A stretch of 64,000 nt of DNA from an uncultured delta proteobacterium (GCA_963746475.1 CAVVBB010000002.1:390639-454638), one strand, 5' to 3'; shown: positions 37,197 to 46,711, numbered from the stretch's first letter. Made by a program: numbers and translations. Notes: generated by a model from the letters alone, not told the origin.

Positions 37197-37403
37197 ATGT
37201 CACGACCCGAGGACCCCGAAGAAGACGATTTCCTCAGCCAGGCCTCCGGCAAACAGACGGGGCTGGCGGCCGAGTTCATCGGCTTTCTCAAGAACAACAA
37301 GAAGTGGTGGCTCGGTCCGATCATCCTGGCGATCCTCCTGCTCGGCCTCCTGGTCGTCCTCGGCGGCACGGCCGCCGCGCCCTTCATCTACACACTGTTC
37401 TAG
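37197..37403 (+). CDS. DUF5989 family small membrane protein
   Basis: 68 aa, ATG 6 nt after GAGG. FLKNNKKWWLGPIILAILLLGLLVVLGGTAAAPFIYTLF is typical of DUF5989. Confidence 0.65.
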   Translation: MSRPEDPEEDDFLSQASGKQTGLAAEFIGFLKNNKKWWLGPIILAILLLGLLVVLGGTAAAPFIYTLF

Positions 37404-37468
37404 ACCGAAGCGGGTCTCGGACTGCCCGCGGCGAGCGCCGCGTGCGACTCGGGGGAGCAGGTCCAAAG

Positions 37469-37496
37469 AAAAAGCCCGGCCGAAGCCGGGCTTTTT
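37469..37496. terminator. bidirectional rho-independent terminator
   Basis: Perfect 12-bp stem AAAAAGCCCGGC / GCCGGGCTTTTT with loop CGAA. T-runs follow it on both strands. It lies between the DUF5989 gene (+) and tRNA-Glu (-). Confidence 0.8.
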
Positions 37497-37571
37497 GGCG
37501 TCCCCACGGAGGTTTGAACTCCGGTTACCGGCGTGAAAGGCCGGGGTCCTAGGCCACTAGACGATGGGGAC
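37496..37571 (-). tRNA. tRNA-Glu (anticodon TTC)
   Basis: Hand-folded cloverleaf. Acceptor GTCCCCA/TGGGGAC; D arm GTCT-AGTGGCCTA-GGAC; anticodon stem CCGGC/GCCGG with loop CTTTCAC; T arm CGGAG-TTCAAAC-CTCCG. CCA is encoded. Confidence 0.9.
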
Positions 37572-37605
37572 TAAAGTTCTGTGCTTTGCTTCCGGTCTCT
37601 TTGGG

Positions 37606-37678
37606 TGGGCCGTCAGGGACTCGAACCCTGGACCGTCGGATTAAAAGTCCGCTGCTCTACCAACTGAGCTAACAGCCC
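37606..37678 (-). tRNA. tRNA-Lys (anticodon TTT)
   Basis: Hand-folded cloverleaf. Acceptor GGGCTGT/ACGGCCC; D arm GCTC-AGTTGGTA-GAGC; anticodon loop CTTTTAA; T arm CAGGG-TTCGAGT-CCCTG. CCA is not encoded. Confidence 0.9.
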
Positions 37679-37724
37679 GTTTCGCTGAAGGCCCGGGGCT
37701 GTTTAACAGTGAGGATCGGAGGCG

Positions 37725-38450
37725 TCAAGCGTGCGGTTCGCCGCGGAGGGCTTCGGGACCCGTCTGTGCGTATTCGAGCCCGTCATGCAGACGGGCGATG
37801 ATTTGAGCGGTAAAGGCCGGACGGAGGTAAAAGCCGCGGGGCATGGTCCACTGGACCGCGCCTTCCTCGTCGGGAGCGCGGCGGCGGCTTCGGCCGTGTG
37901 CGGCCTTGGGGCGGACCTGCAGGACCTCGCCGAGGTGTCCGGTGATCTGCTCCGTCTCGCCCGCAGCGATCATTTGGGCAAGATGCTCCCAGTCGCGGCG
38001 CAGCAGCGCTAGCTCCGCCTCGCTGGGCGACCAGTATCCCCCCAGCCCGATGCGGCGCGCGTGCAGCGGCTTGTCGCCCGATTCGATGGGGACGAAAAGT
38101 ACGCGGCGAAGCTTTTTCCATACGACGCTCTGCTCCCAGTCGGTGTCGGCCATGGCGGACAGCGAGATGCTGGCCACGAAAGTGGATTCCCTGGGCCGGC
38201 CGGCGCTGTCGACCGGGATCGTCTTGAGCTCCACGCCGATCTCCTGGAAGTCCGGCTCGGCGCGGGAGGCCGCGGTCGCGCCCAGGGTCTTCTCGATCAA
38301 GGTGCCGGCCAGTCCCTTCGCACGAGCAGCGCTCGCGGGAACCTCGACCCCCACGCGGCTCCCGATCTCACCGAGCGTCCAGCCCGCCAGCGCATGGGCC
38401 CGCTCGAGCAACTCGGCTTCGGTTCTGGGCGGGTCGGTGTCGATGCTCAT
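37725..38450 (-). CDS. mutH: DNA mismatch repair endonuclease MutH homologue
   Basis: 241 aa, colinear with E. coli MutH as I recall it: EPDFQEIGVELKTIPVDSAGRPRESTFV (D...E-x-K catalytic motif), KKLRRVLFVPIE, WSPSEAELALLRRDWEHL, ITGHLGEVLQVRPKAA, MPRGFYLRPAFT. Confidence 0.85.
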   Translation of the reverse strand: MSIDTDPPRTEAELLERAHALAGWTLGEIGSRVGVEVPASAARAKGLAGTLIEKTLGATAASRAEPDFQEIGVELKTIPVDSAGRPRESTFVASISLSAMADTDWEQSVVWKKLRRVLFVPIESGDKPLHARRIGLGGYWSPSEAELALLRRDWEHLAQMIAAGETEQITGHLGEVLQVRPKAAHGRSRRRAPDEEGAVQWTMPRGFYLRPAFTAQIIARLHDGLEYAQTGPEALRGEPHA

Positions 38451-38456
38451 GGGCCT

Positions 38457-41400
38457 CTAGTGCAGCTCGCAGACTTTCTGCCCAAAGAGCCGCTCGAGCC
38501 CCGTCAGCAGTCCGTCGCTCGGAGCCACGTACAGACCCGTCTCTTCGAGGCTCACCCGCCACTGCCCCTGCGCGGCCAACACGAGTGACACAGGGCAGGG
38601 GCCTGGGTGCTGTTCCAGCACGGCCCGAAGGGAGACGAGCTTGTCCCGGTCGATGCCTTCGATGGCCAGCTTCACGGTGACGGCCTTGGTCTGTTCGTGC
38701 AGGGCATCCGACAGGAGCATGGCGTCGTCCAACAGGAGCTTGACTTCGGTTTGGCCACTGTCGCCATCACGGTCGTACTCGTGTTTGACGCTGGCTTTGA
38801 GCAAGATGGGCTCCGAGGACTGCAGGGCTTCGCGAAGACCTTCTTTTTCGAGCGGCTTCGGGCGGACGATGACCTCTACGCGGCCGACGGCATCTTCGAT
38901 GTGGAAGAAGGCCATGGTGTAACCCATCTTGGTCCGGCGTTCCCGGTAGCCCTCGACTGTGCCGCCTATGGTGACTTTGCGGTGGTTGTTGAGCTTGGCG
39001 ACGTCTTCGGTGGTGGCGTCACAGAAGCGCAGCAACTCGCTGCGGTAGCGATCCAGCGGGTGTCCCGAGACGTAGAAGCCCAAGGTTCCCTTCTCTCGCG
39101 AGAGCTTCTCCCGCGAGCCCCAGGGGTCCAGCACGGGAAAGCTTCCGCCCGGATGCGTGTAGGCCTTGGCCTCATCGTCCTCTTCCATGAGGCCGAACAG
39201 GCTTTCCTGTCCACTCGTGCGCTCCGCGCTGATTCGCTTGCCGCGCTCCACGGCCTGTTCGATGGCGATGAAGGCTTGGGCACGGTGCACGTTGATGGCC
39301 TCGTGCACGGTGTCGAATGCGCCGCACTGCACGAGCGCCTCGACCACGCCCTTGTTCACGCGCCGCAGGTCGACACGCGCGCAGAGGTCGAACAGGTCGA
39401 CGAATGGCTGCTCCTCGATCCCTGCGGTCTCACCGGTCTCGACAGACGCTGTGGGGGCTTCTTTTTGAGCCCTCCGCGCGTCGAGGACGGCGTCTAGTGC
39501 GGCGGCGCCGATGCCCTTGACCGCGCCGAGGCCGAAGCGGATCTTGGGGCCCATCGGGTCGAGCACCTGGCCGCCGTGGCACACTGGCTTGTGCCTGAGC
39601 CGTGCGACGTCTCGCGCTTGCTCTGGATCATAGACTACGGAGAACTCGATCTCGGACTCGTTGACGTCGGGTGGCAGAACGGTAATGCCCATTGAGCGGG
39701 CTTCTGCGACGGTGCGAACGACCTTGTCGATCTTTTCCTTGTCTGCGGTCAGGGTCGCGCAGGTGAACTCGACTGGGTAGTGCGCCTTCAGGTATGCGGT
39801 CTGGTAAGTGATCAGCGCGTAGGCCGCCGAGTGGCTCTTGTTGAAGCCGTATCCGGCGAAGTAGGCCATAAGCTCGAAAATTTCTTCGGCCTTTTCCTTG
39901 CTGTGCCCACGCCCCGTCGCGCCGTCGACGAAGATGCCCTTTTGCTTCTCCATCTCCGACGCCTTCTTCTTGCCCATCGCACGACGCAGAAGATCCGCGC
40001 CGCCGAGCGTGTAGCCGCCCATCTCCTGCGCGATTTGCATGACCTGTTCCTGGTAGACGATGACGCCGCGAGTCTCCCGAAGAATGCCTTCCAGCGAGGC
40101 ATCGGGGTAGTTCACCTGCTGCCGTCCGTGCTTGCGGTGCACGAAGTCCTTGTCCATGCCCGCACCCATCGGCCCTGGGCGGTACAGGGCGACCGCGGCC
40201 ACGATGTCGTCGAACACATCGGGTCGAAGCTGCTTGAACAGGCTCTGCATGCCGCTCGACTCGAGTTGGAAGACGTTGGTCGTCTCGCCCGACTGAAGAA
40301 GCGCGAACGTCGCGGCATCATCCATGGGAATTTCGTCGATGCGGAAGGGGTCCCCGCGCCGGTCGGGGCGGCGGTTGATGAGGCGCATCGCGATGTCGAT
40401 GACGGTCAGCGTTCGTAGACCGAGGAAGTCGAACTTGACCAGTCCCGCCGCTTCGACATCGTCCTTGTGGTACTGTGTGACGTAGATGTCTTGTTCAGGG
40501 CAGAAGACGGGCACGTGGTCCCAAATGGGGCCCTCGCTGATGACGACGCCTGCCGCGTGCATGCCGGCGTGGCGCGTCAGGTTCTCGAGCTCCTGGGCCG
40601 TGTCGAGGAGCTCTCGTGCGTTCGGGTCCTCGTCGTAAGCGCTCTTGAGGCGCGCCTCTTGTTCGAGCGCGTCCGCGATGGAGACGGCCTTGCCGCCCAC
40701 CGGCTCGGGGATGAGCGTGGCCAGTCGGCCCGCATCAGCGGGCGTCATGCCCTTGACCCGCCCGACGTCGCGCACGACGCTGCGGCTCTTCAGCTGGTGA
40801 AACGTCGCAATCTGCCCGACGCTTTGCGTGCCGTATTTGTCGCGCACGTACTGGATGACCTGGTCGCGCTTGTCCATGCAGAAGTCGATGTCGAAGTCGG
40901 GCATCGACACGCGCTCGGGGTTTAGGAAGCGCTCGAACAGAAGACCGTGTGTGATGGGATTCAGGTCGGTGATGCGCAGCACCCAGGCTACGAGCGAGCC
41001 GGCCCCGGACCCACGCCCCGGACCCACCGGGACGCCATGATCTTTGGCCCAGTTGATGAAGTCCTGGACGATGAGGAAGTAGCCGGCGAAGCCCATCGCG
41101 AGGATGACCTTCAGCTCGTGCTCCAGGCGCTGGTGGTATGGCGACTCTTCCACGCTTTCCCCGCGCTCCCGCATCTCGCTGAGGCGTCGGGCCAGGCCGG
41201 CGACGGCCAGCGCGCGTAGATAGTCTTCCTCGGAGCCGTCGCCCGGGACCTCGAAGCGCGGGAGCTTGGGGTCAGCCAGGGGACTCGCCTGTCCGGCGCA
41301 CATCTCGGCGATGCGCAGCGTGTTCCGAGTCGCCTCGGGAACGTGCTCGAACAGTTTGCACATTTGCTCGGGCGTCTTGAGATACAGCTCCGAGCTGCTG

Positions 41401-42113
41401 TGGTGCAGGGCTTCCATCTCGCTCACGCTTCGGCCGACGCCGATGCACTGAAGAACGAGCTGAGCATGCGCGGCCGAGCGTTCGAGGTAGTGGCAGTCGT
41501 TCGTGGCGACGAGTGGAAGCCCCAGATCCGAGGCCAGCCCGCAGAGCACTTGATTGAGCGGACGGTTCTCGGGAAAGCCGTGATCTTGAAGCTCCACGAA
41601 GAAGTGCCCGGGGTCGAAAGAGTCCCTCAAGCTGGCCAGTGCTTCACGGCCGGGCTCGGGGCCCTTGTTCAGGATTTCCTGCGCGACGTATCCGCCCATG
41701 CAGGCGCTCAGTCCGACGATGCCTTGGCGATGCTCGCGAAGGAGCTCGAAGTCGATGCGCGGCTGGTCCGCGGACGTCATCCCCTCGACCCAGCCCTTGC
41801 TGACGAGGCGTACCAGGTTCTGGTAGCCTTCCTGGGAGCTGGCGAGCAGGACCAGGTGCGCGTGCTCCGGGTTGTCGGGATTGCGCCGGTCTGCGGCCGT
41901 GAAGCCGACCTCGCAGCCGAGGATGGGCTTGACCGAGCTGTCTTTGCAGGCCCGGGTGAGCTGCACCGCTCCGAACATGTTCCCGTGGTCCGTGAGCGCC
42001 ACGGCGGGCATGTTCATCTTCTGCGCGTGCTCGACGAGGCGGGAGATGCGGATTGCGCCGTCCAGCATCGAGTACTCGCTGTGGACGTGCAGATGAACAA
42101 ACTCGCTTGCCAT
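38457..42113 (-). CDS. dnaE: DNA polymerase III alpha subunit
   Basis: Start chosen at ATG 42113 (MASEFVHLHVHSEYSMLDGA, PHP domain). 1218 aa with colinear DnaE motifs throughout. Confidence 0.95.
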   Translation of the reverse strand: MASEFVHLHVHSEYSMLDGAIRISRLVEHAQKMNMPAVALTDHGNMFGAVQLTRACKDSSVKPILGCEVGFTAADRRNPDNPEHAHLVLLASSQEGYQNLVRLVSKGWVEGMTSADQPRIDFELLREHRQGIVGLSACMGGYVAQEILNKGPEPGREALASLRDSFDPGHFFVELQDHGFPENRPLNQVLCGLASDLGLPLVATNDCHYLERSAAHAQLVLQCIGVGRSVSEMEALHHSSSELYLKTPEQMCKLFEHVPEATRNTLRIAEMCAGQASPLADPKLPRFEVPGDGSEEDYLRALAVAGLARRLSEMRERGESVEESPYHQRLEHELKVILAMGFAGYFLIVQDFINWAKDHGVPVGPGRGSGAGSLVAWVLRITDLNPITHGLLFERFLNPERVSMPDFDIDFCMDKRDQVIQYVRDKYGTQSVGQIATFHQLKSRSVVRDVGRVKGMTPADAGRLATLIPEPVGGKAVSIADALEQEARLKSAYDEDPNARELLDTAQELENLTRHAGMHAAGVVISEGPIWDHVPVFCPEQDIYVTQYHKDDVEAAGLVKFDFLGLRTLTVIDIAMRLINRRPDRRGDPFRIDEIPMDDAATFALLQSGETTNVFQLESSGMQSLFKQLRPDVFDDIVAAVALYRPGPMGAGMDKDFVHRKHGRQQVNYPDASLEGILRETRGVIVYQEQVMQIAQEMGGYTLGGADLLRRAMGKKKASEMEKQKGIFVDGATGRGHSKEKAEEIFELMAYFAGYGFNKSHSAAYALITYQTAYLKAHYPVEFTCATLTADKEKIDKVVRTVAEARSMGITVLPPDVNESEIEFSVVYDPEQARDVARLRHKPVCHGGQVLDPMGPKIRFGLGAVKGIGAAALDAVLDARRAQKEAPTASVETGETAGIEEQPFVDLFDLCARVDLRRVNKGVVEALVQCGAFDTVHEAINVHRAQAFIAIEQAVERGKRISAERTSGQESLFGLMEEDDEAKAYTHPGGSFPVLDPWGSREKLSREKGTLGFYVSGHPLDRYRSELLRFCDATTEDVAKLNNHRKVTIGGTVEGYRERRTKMGYTMAFFHIEDAVGRVEVIVRPKPLEKEGLREALQSSEPILLKASVKHEYDRDGDSGQTEVKLLLDDAMLLSDALHEQTKAVTVKLAIEGIDRDKLVSLRAVLEQHPGPCPVSLVLAAQGQWRVSLEETGLYVAPSDGLLTGLERLFGQKVCELH

Positions 42114-42379
42114 CGACGCGGCCACTGTACAGTGCATGGTGCCCCATGCAATAGTGCTTGCGACCGGTCAGCAACGAAAGATGTGACCGGGCTCGGGGGC
42201 GGGCGGCGGCGCGGGCCTGTGCGGCCGGTGCGCACTTCCTCCGGGGCGGTTTCCAAGCGATTTTCGAAGATTTTCCCTGCCTAACCGCGGGCCCTGGCCT
42301 CCCTGCTTGCACGGCACTTGCGTCGTGCTATCCCGCGGCCCTCCCAGGCCTGTGAAATCAAGGGTTTGAGGTAAGCGTC

Positions 42380-42739
42380 ATGAGCAAGTCCCCACTGCAG
42401 ATCATCAAAGAACGGTTCGGCGACGACCCGGCAAAGGCGAAAGCCAAACTCGTCGAAGCGGTCAAGAAGGCCGCGGGCAAGGAGCTCTGGCTCGACGCAC
42501 TGAACGAGACCAAAGGTCTCGAGCATGTCTCGAACAAGAAGCTTCTGCACTTGGAGAAGGTGTTCGAGGCCGTCTCCAAGGACGTCGGCTCGCGCGACAA
42601 GCTCATCGCTGAGCTGGCCGAGCTCCAGGGCCGAGGCAAGGACGAGCCGTACAAGCTCAGCCTCGCCAGCAGCAGCACGGCGAAGCTCTGGGACCAGCTG
42701 CAAGCGACACGCGCCCGTGCCAAGAAGAGCAGCAACTAG
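42380..42739 (+). CDS. hypothetical Lys/Ala-rich small protein
   Basis: 119 aa, helical and basic. No family recognised. Confidence 0.5.
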   Translation: MSKSPLQIIKERFGDDPAKAKAKLVEAVKKAAGKELWLDALNETKGLEHVSNKKLLHLEKVFEAVSKDVGSRDKLIAELAELQGRGKDEPYKLSLASSSTAKLWDQLQATRARAKKSSN

Positions 42740-42781
42740 CTGCCAGCTCGCTTCGCGCATCGGATTCAGCCGCCGGTTTGC

Positions 42782-43684
42782 CTAGCGCTGTATCAGGCCG
42801 AGGTACCAGCCTAGGATTTTGTGTCCGGCTAGCAGGTATTCGAGTGCCCCTAACGCGAGGAAGGGGCCGAACGGTACCTTGAGCTGCCCGACATGGGCCG
42901 GCTCTTCGGCGTTCGAGCCCTCGATGAGCTCGCCGTCGATGACGCGGGCCTCGACGTCCGGGGTGACCTTGTGGCCGAGGAGCAGGGCGAGGCCCGCATA
43001 GATCAGCCCTTGAAAAGCCCCAGCGACGGTGGCGAAGAGCGCGCCACGCCAGCCCAGGAACGCGCCGATCATCATGAGCAGCTTGCTGTCGCCTTCTCCC
43101 ATGCCCCGCCGGCCGGCGAGCCGCTCGTAGCCCCAGACGAAGATCACTTGCACCGCTAGATAGGCCGCGCCGGCGCCGACTGCGGCCGACCAGACGCCGG
43201 GCTGCGCCCGAAAAGGGGCACTCGCGAGCCCTAGCGCCGCGCAGGGCAGGCTCACTTCGTCTGGGATCTCCATCCACTCCAGATCGACGAAGGTGATGAT
43301 CAGCAGGCCCCCAGCGAAGATGAAGTAGAGCCCCCACTCGAGGCTCGCCTCGAACATCGTCGTTCCCGGTTCGGATCGAACGATCCAGAGCTCCGCGATC
43401 GCGACGCACAGCACGGCCGAGAGCAATTCCACCAGCGGATAGCGGGCGGAGATGCGGGTGCCACAGCAGGAGGCGCGGCCGCGTAGCCACAGCCAGCCGA
43501 CGATGGGGATGTTGTGCCAGGCGGGGATGGGTGCCTGGCAGCCCGGACAGTGGCTCTTCGGGCTGACCACCGACATCCCCCGCGGCCAGCGGTAGATGGC
43601 CACGTTGAAAAAGCTTCCCCAGGCCGCTCCCCAGGCGAACGCGATCGCCCATACGAACCACCGCGGCATTTCCGCTGCGAGCAT
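42782..43684 (-). CDS. pilD: prepilin peptidase (A24 family)
   Basis: Start at ATG 43684 (alternative 43669). N-terminal Cys motif HCPGCQAPI...ASCCGTRI, followed by a multi-TM A24 core. Confidence 0.85.
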   Translation of the reverse strand: MLAAEMPRWFVWAIAFAWGAAWGSFFNVAIYRWPRGMSVVSPKSHCPGCQAPIPAWHNIPIVGWLWLRGRASCCGTRISARYPLVELLSAVLCVAIAELWIVRSEPGTTMFEASLEWGLYFIFAGGLLIITFVDLEWMEIPDEVSLPCAALGLASAPFRAQPGVWSAAVGAGAAYLAVQVIFVWGYERLAGRRGMGEGDSKLLMMIGAFLGWRGALFATVAGAFQGLIYAGLALLLGHKVTPDVEARVIDGELIEGSNAEEPAHVGQLKVPFGPFLALGALEYLLAGHKILGWYLGLIQR

Positions 43685-43811
43685 TGCCGGGCATCCTAGC
43701 AGCGAGGGCCGCGGAGCCTCACAAAAACGGGAGATCGCCTCGGCACGGCTCGAACTCTCGGGTCGTTCACGGCTCGCTCTTCGGCCGCGTTTGCGATATG
43801 TCAGCGCTGCG

Positions 43812-44915
43812 ATGAGCGACGAGCAGATTCGAGAGGCGCTGGCGGACTGCCGGCGGATCGTCGTGAAGGTTGGGAGCAGAGCCCTGCTCGCCGACTCGGG
43901 GCGCTTCGCCCTCATCGCCGAGCAGCTCGCGAGCCAGACCCGAAAGGGGCGCAAGGTTCTGCTCGTCACGTCTGGAGCCGTGGCGATCGGACGGGAGCGG
44001 CTTGGGCTCAGCGAGCGGCCCAAGAACATCGCGAGACTTCAGGCGGCCGCGGCCACGGGGCAGTCGCTTCTGATGCGCGCGTACGAAGACGCTTTCGAGT
44101 CTCTCGGGGTGCACGTCGCTCAGGTCCTCTTGACGCATGCGGACGTGACGAGCCGCGACCGCTACCTGAACGCACGGCGTGCGATCGAGGACCTGTGGAA
44201 GTTGGGCGTCGTGCCCGTCATCAACGAAAACGACGCGGTCGCCGTGGACGAACTGAGGTTCGGCGACAACGATCAGCTTGCCGCGATGACCTGCACTCTG
44301 GTGGGCGCCGACTTGCTGGTGCTCCTCAGCGATGTGGAAGGCATTCTGGACGACCAGCGGAGACGAATCTCCGTCGTGCGCGACGTGAGCGAGATCGAGC
44401 CTTTCATCCGGCCACCGACCGACGACGTCGGGCTCGGCGGCATGCAGAGCAAAGTCGATGCAGCGCGACGCGCGACGCTCCACGGCCTTCCGGTTGCGAT
44501 CGGACCGGCCGCTTCCCGAGACTTCCTGAGCGCCTTGCTCGAGGGCGAGGACGTCGGCACGTTGCTTTTGCCGCATGGCGCCCCGCTGCCGAGCCGCAAA
44601 CATTGGATCGCCTACACCCTGAAGCCCCAGGGGCGGGTCTTCATCGATGACGGTGCCTGCAAGGCCCTCCGGGAACGGAACTCGAGCCTGCTGCCAGCTG
44701 GAGTTGTGCGCGTGGAGGGCAACTTCGCGGCTGGGGACGCGATTGCCATCGTCGACCAGGCCGGCGTCGAGGTTGCGCGCGGTTTGGCGCGTTACGGGGC
44801 TTCCGACATCGGCTTGCTGGCGGGGGGAAGCAGCGCGGAGATCGCTGACCGAATCGGAAATCATGTGGGCGACGAGGTGGTCCACCGGGACGATTTGGCG
44901 CTCGTGGGCACGTAG
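43812..44915 (+). CDS. proB: glutamate 5-kinase
   Basis: ATG at 43812. RIVVKVGSRAL, LLVTSGAVAIG, VPVINENDAV..LRFGDNDQLAA. C-terminal PUA-like domain. Confidence 0.9.
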   Translation: MSDEQIREALADCRRIVVKVGSRALLADSGRFALIAEQLASQTRKGRKVLLVTSGAVAIGRERLGLSERPKNIARLQAAAATGQSLLMRAYEDAFESLGVHVAQVLLTHADVTSRDRYLNARRAIEDLWKLGVVPVINENDAVAVDELRFGDNDQLAAMTCTLVGADLLVLLSDVEGILDDQRRRISVVRDVSEIEPFIRPPTDDVGLGGMQSKVDAARRATLHGLPVAIGPAASRDFLSALLEGEDVGTLLLPHGAPLPSRKHWIAYTLKPQGRVFIDDGACKALRERNSSLLPAGVVRVEGNFAAGDAIAIVDQAGVEVARGLARYGASDIGLLAGGSSAEIADRIGNHVGDEVVHRDDLALVGT

Positions 44916-44972
44916 CGCCCCGAGAGCTGCTCGCGCTTCCTCTCGAACGAAAAGCTGCTACGGTCACGGGCT

Positions 44973-46239
44973 ATGGCTTCCGACTTGCAGACTCAGGTGA
45001 CGGACTTGGCGCAGCGCGCCAAGGACGCTTGCCGCGTGCTCGCGGCTACCAGCACGGAGAAGAAGAACGCCGTCTTGCGGCGCGCCGCCGAGGCGCTGCG
45101 CGGACCCGCCGGCGACCGCGTGCTTCAGGCCAACGCCGAAGACATGGCCATCGGCAAGGAGATGGGTCTATCCAAGGCCATGCTCGACCGTTTGCAGCTC
45201 GATCGCAAGCGTCTCGACGGCGTCGCGGACGGGGTGGAACAGGTCGCCGCGCTTCCAGATCCCGTGGGCTCCCTGGCTGAGGAGCGCGTGCTCGACAACG
45301 AGCTTCGCATCGGCAAGATGCGCGTGCCGCTCGGCTTGATCGGAATCATCTACGAATCCCGGCCGAACGTGACGGCAGATGCTGCGTCCTTGTGTCTGAA
45401 GAGCGGCAATGCCGTGCTGCTGCGTGGCGGCAAGGAAGCCTTTCAGAGTAACAAGGCGATCGCCTCGATCTTCGAAGACGCGCTCGTCGCGGAGGGCCTC
45501 CCTCCCGAATCGGTGACACTGCTTCCGACCACCGACCGAGAGGCAACCTTGGTGATGATTGGCCTCAGTGGTATTGTCGATTTGGTGATACCTCGTGGCG
45601 GTGAAGGTTTGATTCGCTTCGTGGCCGAGAACGCGAAGGTGCCTGTCATCCAGCACTACAAAGGAGTTTGCCACGTCTACGTCGACGCCAGCGCGAACTT
45701 GGACATGGCGCTAGAGATTGCGCTGAACGCAAAGGTCCAGCGGCCCGGCGTGTGCAACGCGATGGAAACGCTCCTCGTCGATGCGGCCTGCGCGACGGAG
45801 TTTCTTCCCCGGCTTGGCAAAGCGATGAAGCGAGAGGGCGTCGAGCTTCGCGCCGACGAGCGCGCCTATGAACTGCTCGATGACGCGCTTCGGGCGACCG
45901 CCGAGGACTGGGACACCGAGTACCTGGACCTCATTCTCAGCGTGGGAGTCGTCGACGGTTTCGAGGCAGCGCTCGAGCACGTGGCCAAGCACGGCAGCAA
46001 TCACAGCGAGGCCATCGTGACCGAAACCGCCGAGCATGCGGAGCGCTGGCTTCGAGAGGTCGACGCGAGCCTGGTGCTCGTCAACGCGTCGACGCGCTTC
46101 AACGACGGCTTCGCGCTCGGTCTCGGCGCCGAAATCGGTATTTCGACGACGAAAGCTTCACGCATATGGCCCCATGGGGCTCGAAGAGCTGTGCACACTC
46201 AAGTGGGTGGCGCAGGGAGAGGGCCAAGTACGTCCGTGA
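44973..46239 (+). CDS. proA: gamma-glutamyl phosphate reductase, interrupted by a +1 frameshift near 46152-46154
   Basis: Colinear ProA up to ..[24 protein letters not shown]. The conserved end [28 protein letters not shown] continues in the +1 frame. The total length is 3n+1. Confidence 0.85.
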
Positions 46240-46266
46240 GGCAACCGCCAGCAAGGAGGGAATCTA

Positions 46267-46698
46267 TTGGGTAAGCAAGCAGTAAGCGCGCACGTAGAGA
46301 AGAATCCCCGAACGAGTGCTGACCCCGATTCCGGAAGACAGCTCGCGCTCTGGATCGCCGAAGCAGGACTCGACAAGAAGGCCAGCAACATCGAGATCAT
46401 CGACGTTCGCGGCAAGGTCGACTACGCGGACTTCGTCGTCGTCATGAGCGGCCGAAGCGATCGACAAGTCAGCGCGGTCGCCAAAGGCATCGAGGAGGGG
46501 CTCAAGGCCAAGCACGGCGTTCGCTGTTTCAGTGTCGAAGGCTTGTCCGGCGGCAACTGGGTCTTGCTCGACTTCGGCGACGTCGTAGTTCACGTCTTTC
46601 ACCGGGACACTCGCGGCTACTACGATCTCGAGGGCCTGTGGATGGATGCGGCACGCGTGGAGTTCGACAGTCCGGAAGACGGTTTTGCGTTTCCCTGA
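46267..46698 (+). CDS. rsfS: ribosome silencing factor RsfS (iojap family)
   Basis: TTG start lies 7 nt after AAGGAGGG. IEIIDVRGKVDYADFVVVMSGRSDRQVSAVA...NWVLLDFGDVVVHVFH. Confidence 0.8.
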   Translation: MGKQAVSAHVEKNPRTSADPDSGRQLALWIAEAGLDKKASNIEIIDVRGKVDYADFVVVMSGRSDRQVSAVAKGIEEGLKAKHGVRCFSVEGLSGGNWVLLDFGDVVVHVFHRDTRGYYDLEGLWMDAARVEFDSPEDGFAFP

Positions 46699-46711
46699 AT
46701 AGAGCGACGTC

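Noticed and set aside
37404-38456. The possibility that mutH sits in an integrated element targeting the tRNA-Lys/tRNA-Glu genes
   Set aside because: No integrase, no duplicated tRNA 3' end and no obvious compositional break. mutH is instead tightly coupled to dnaE. Horizontal origin remains possible but unsupported here.
42657-44885. 345-aa and 372-aa minus-strand ORFs overlapping pilD and proB
   Set aside because: One is an alternative frame of the prepilin peptidase and the other is antisense to proB. Both have R/P/G-rich nonsense composition.
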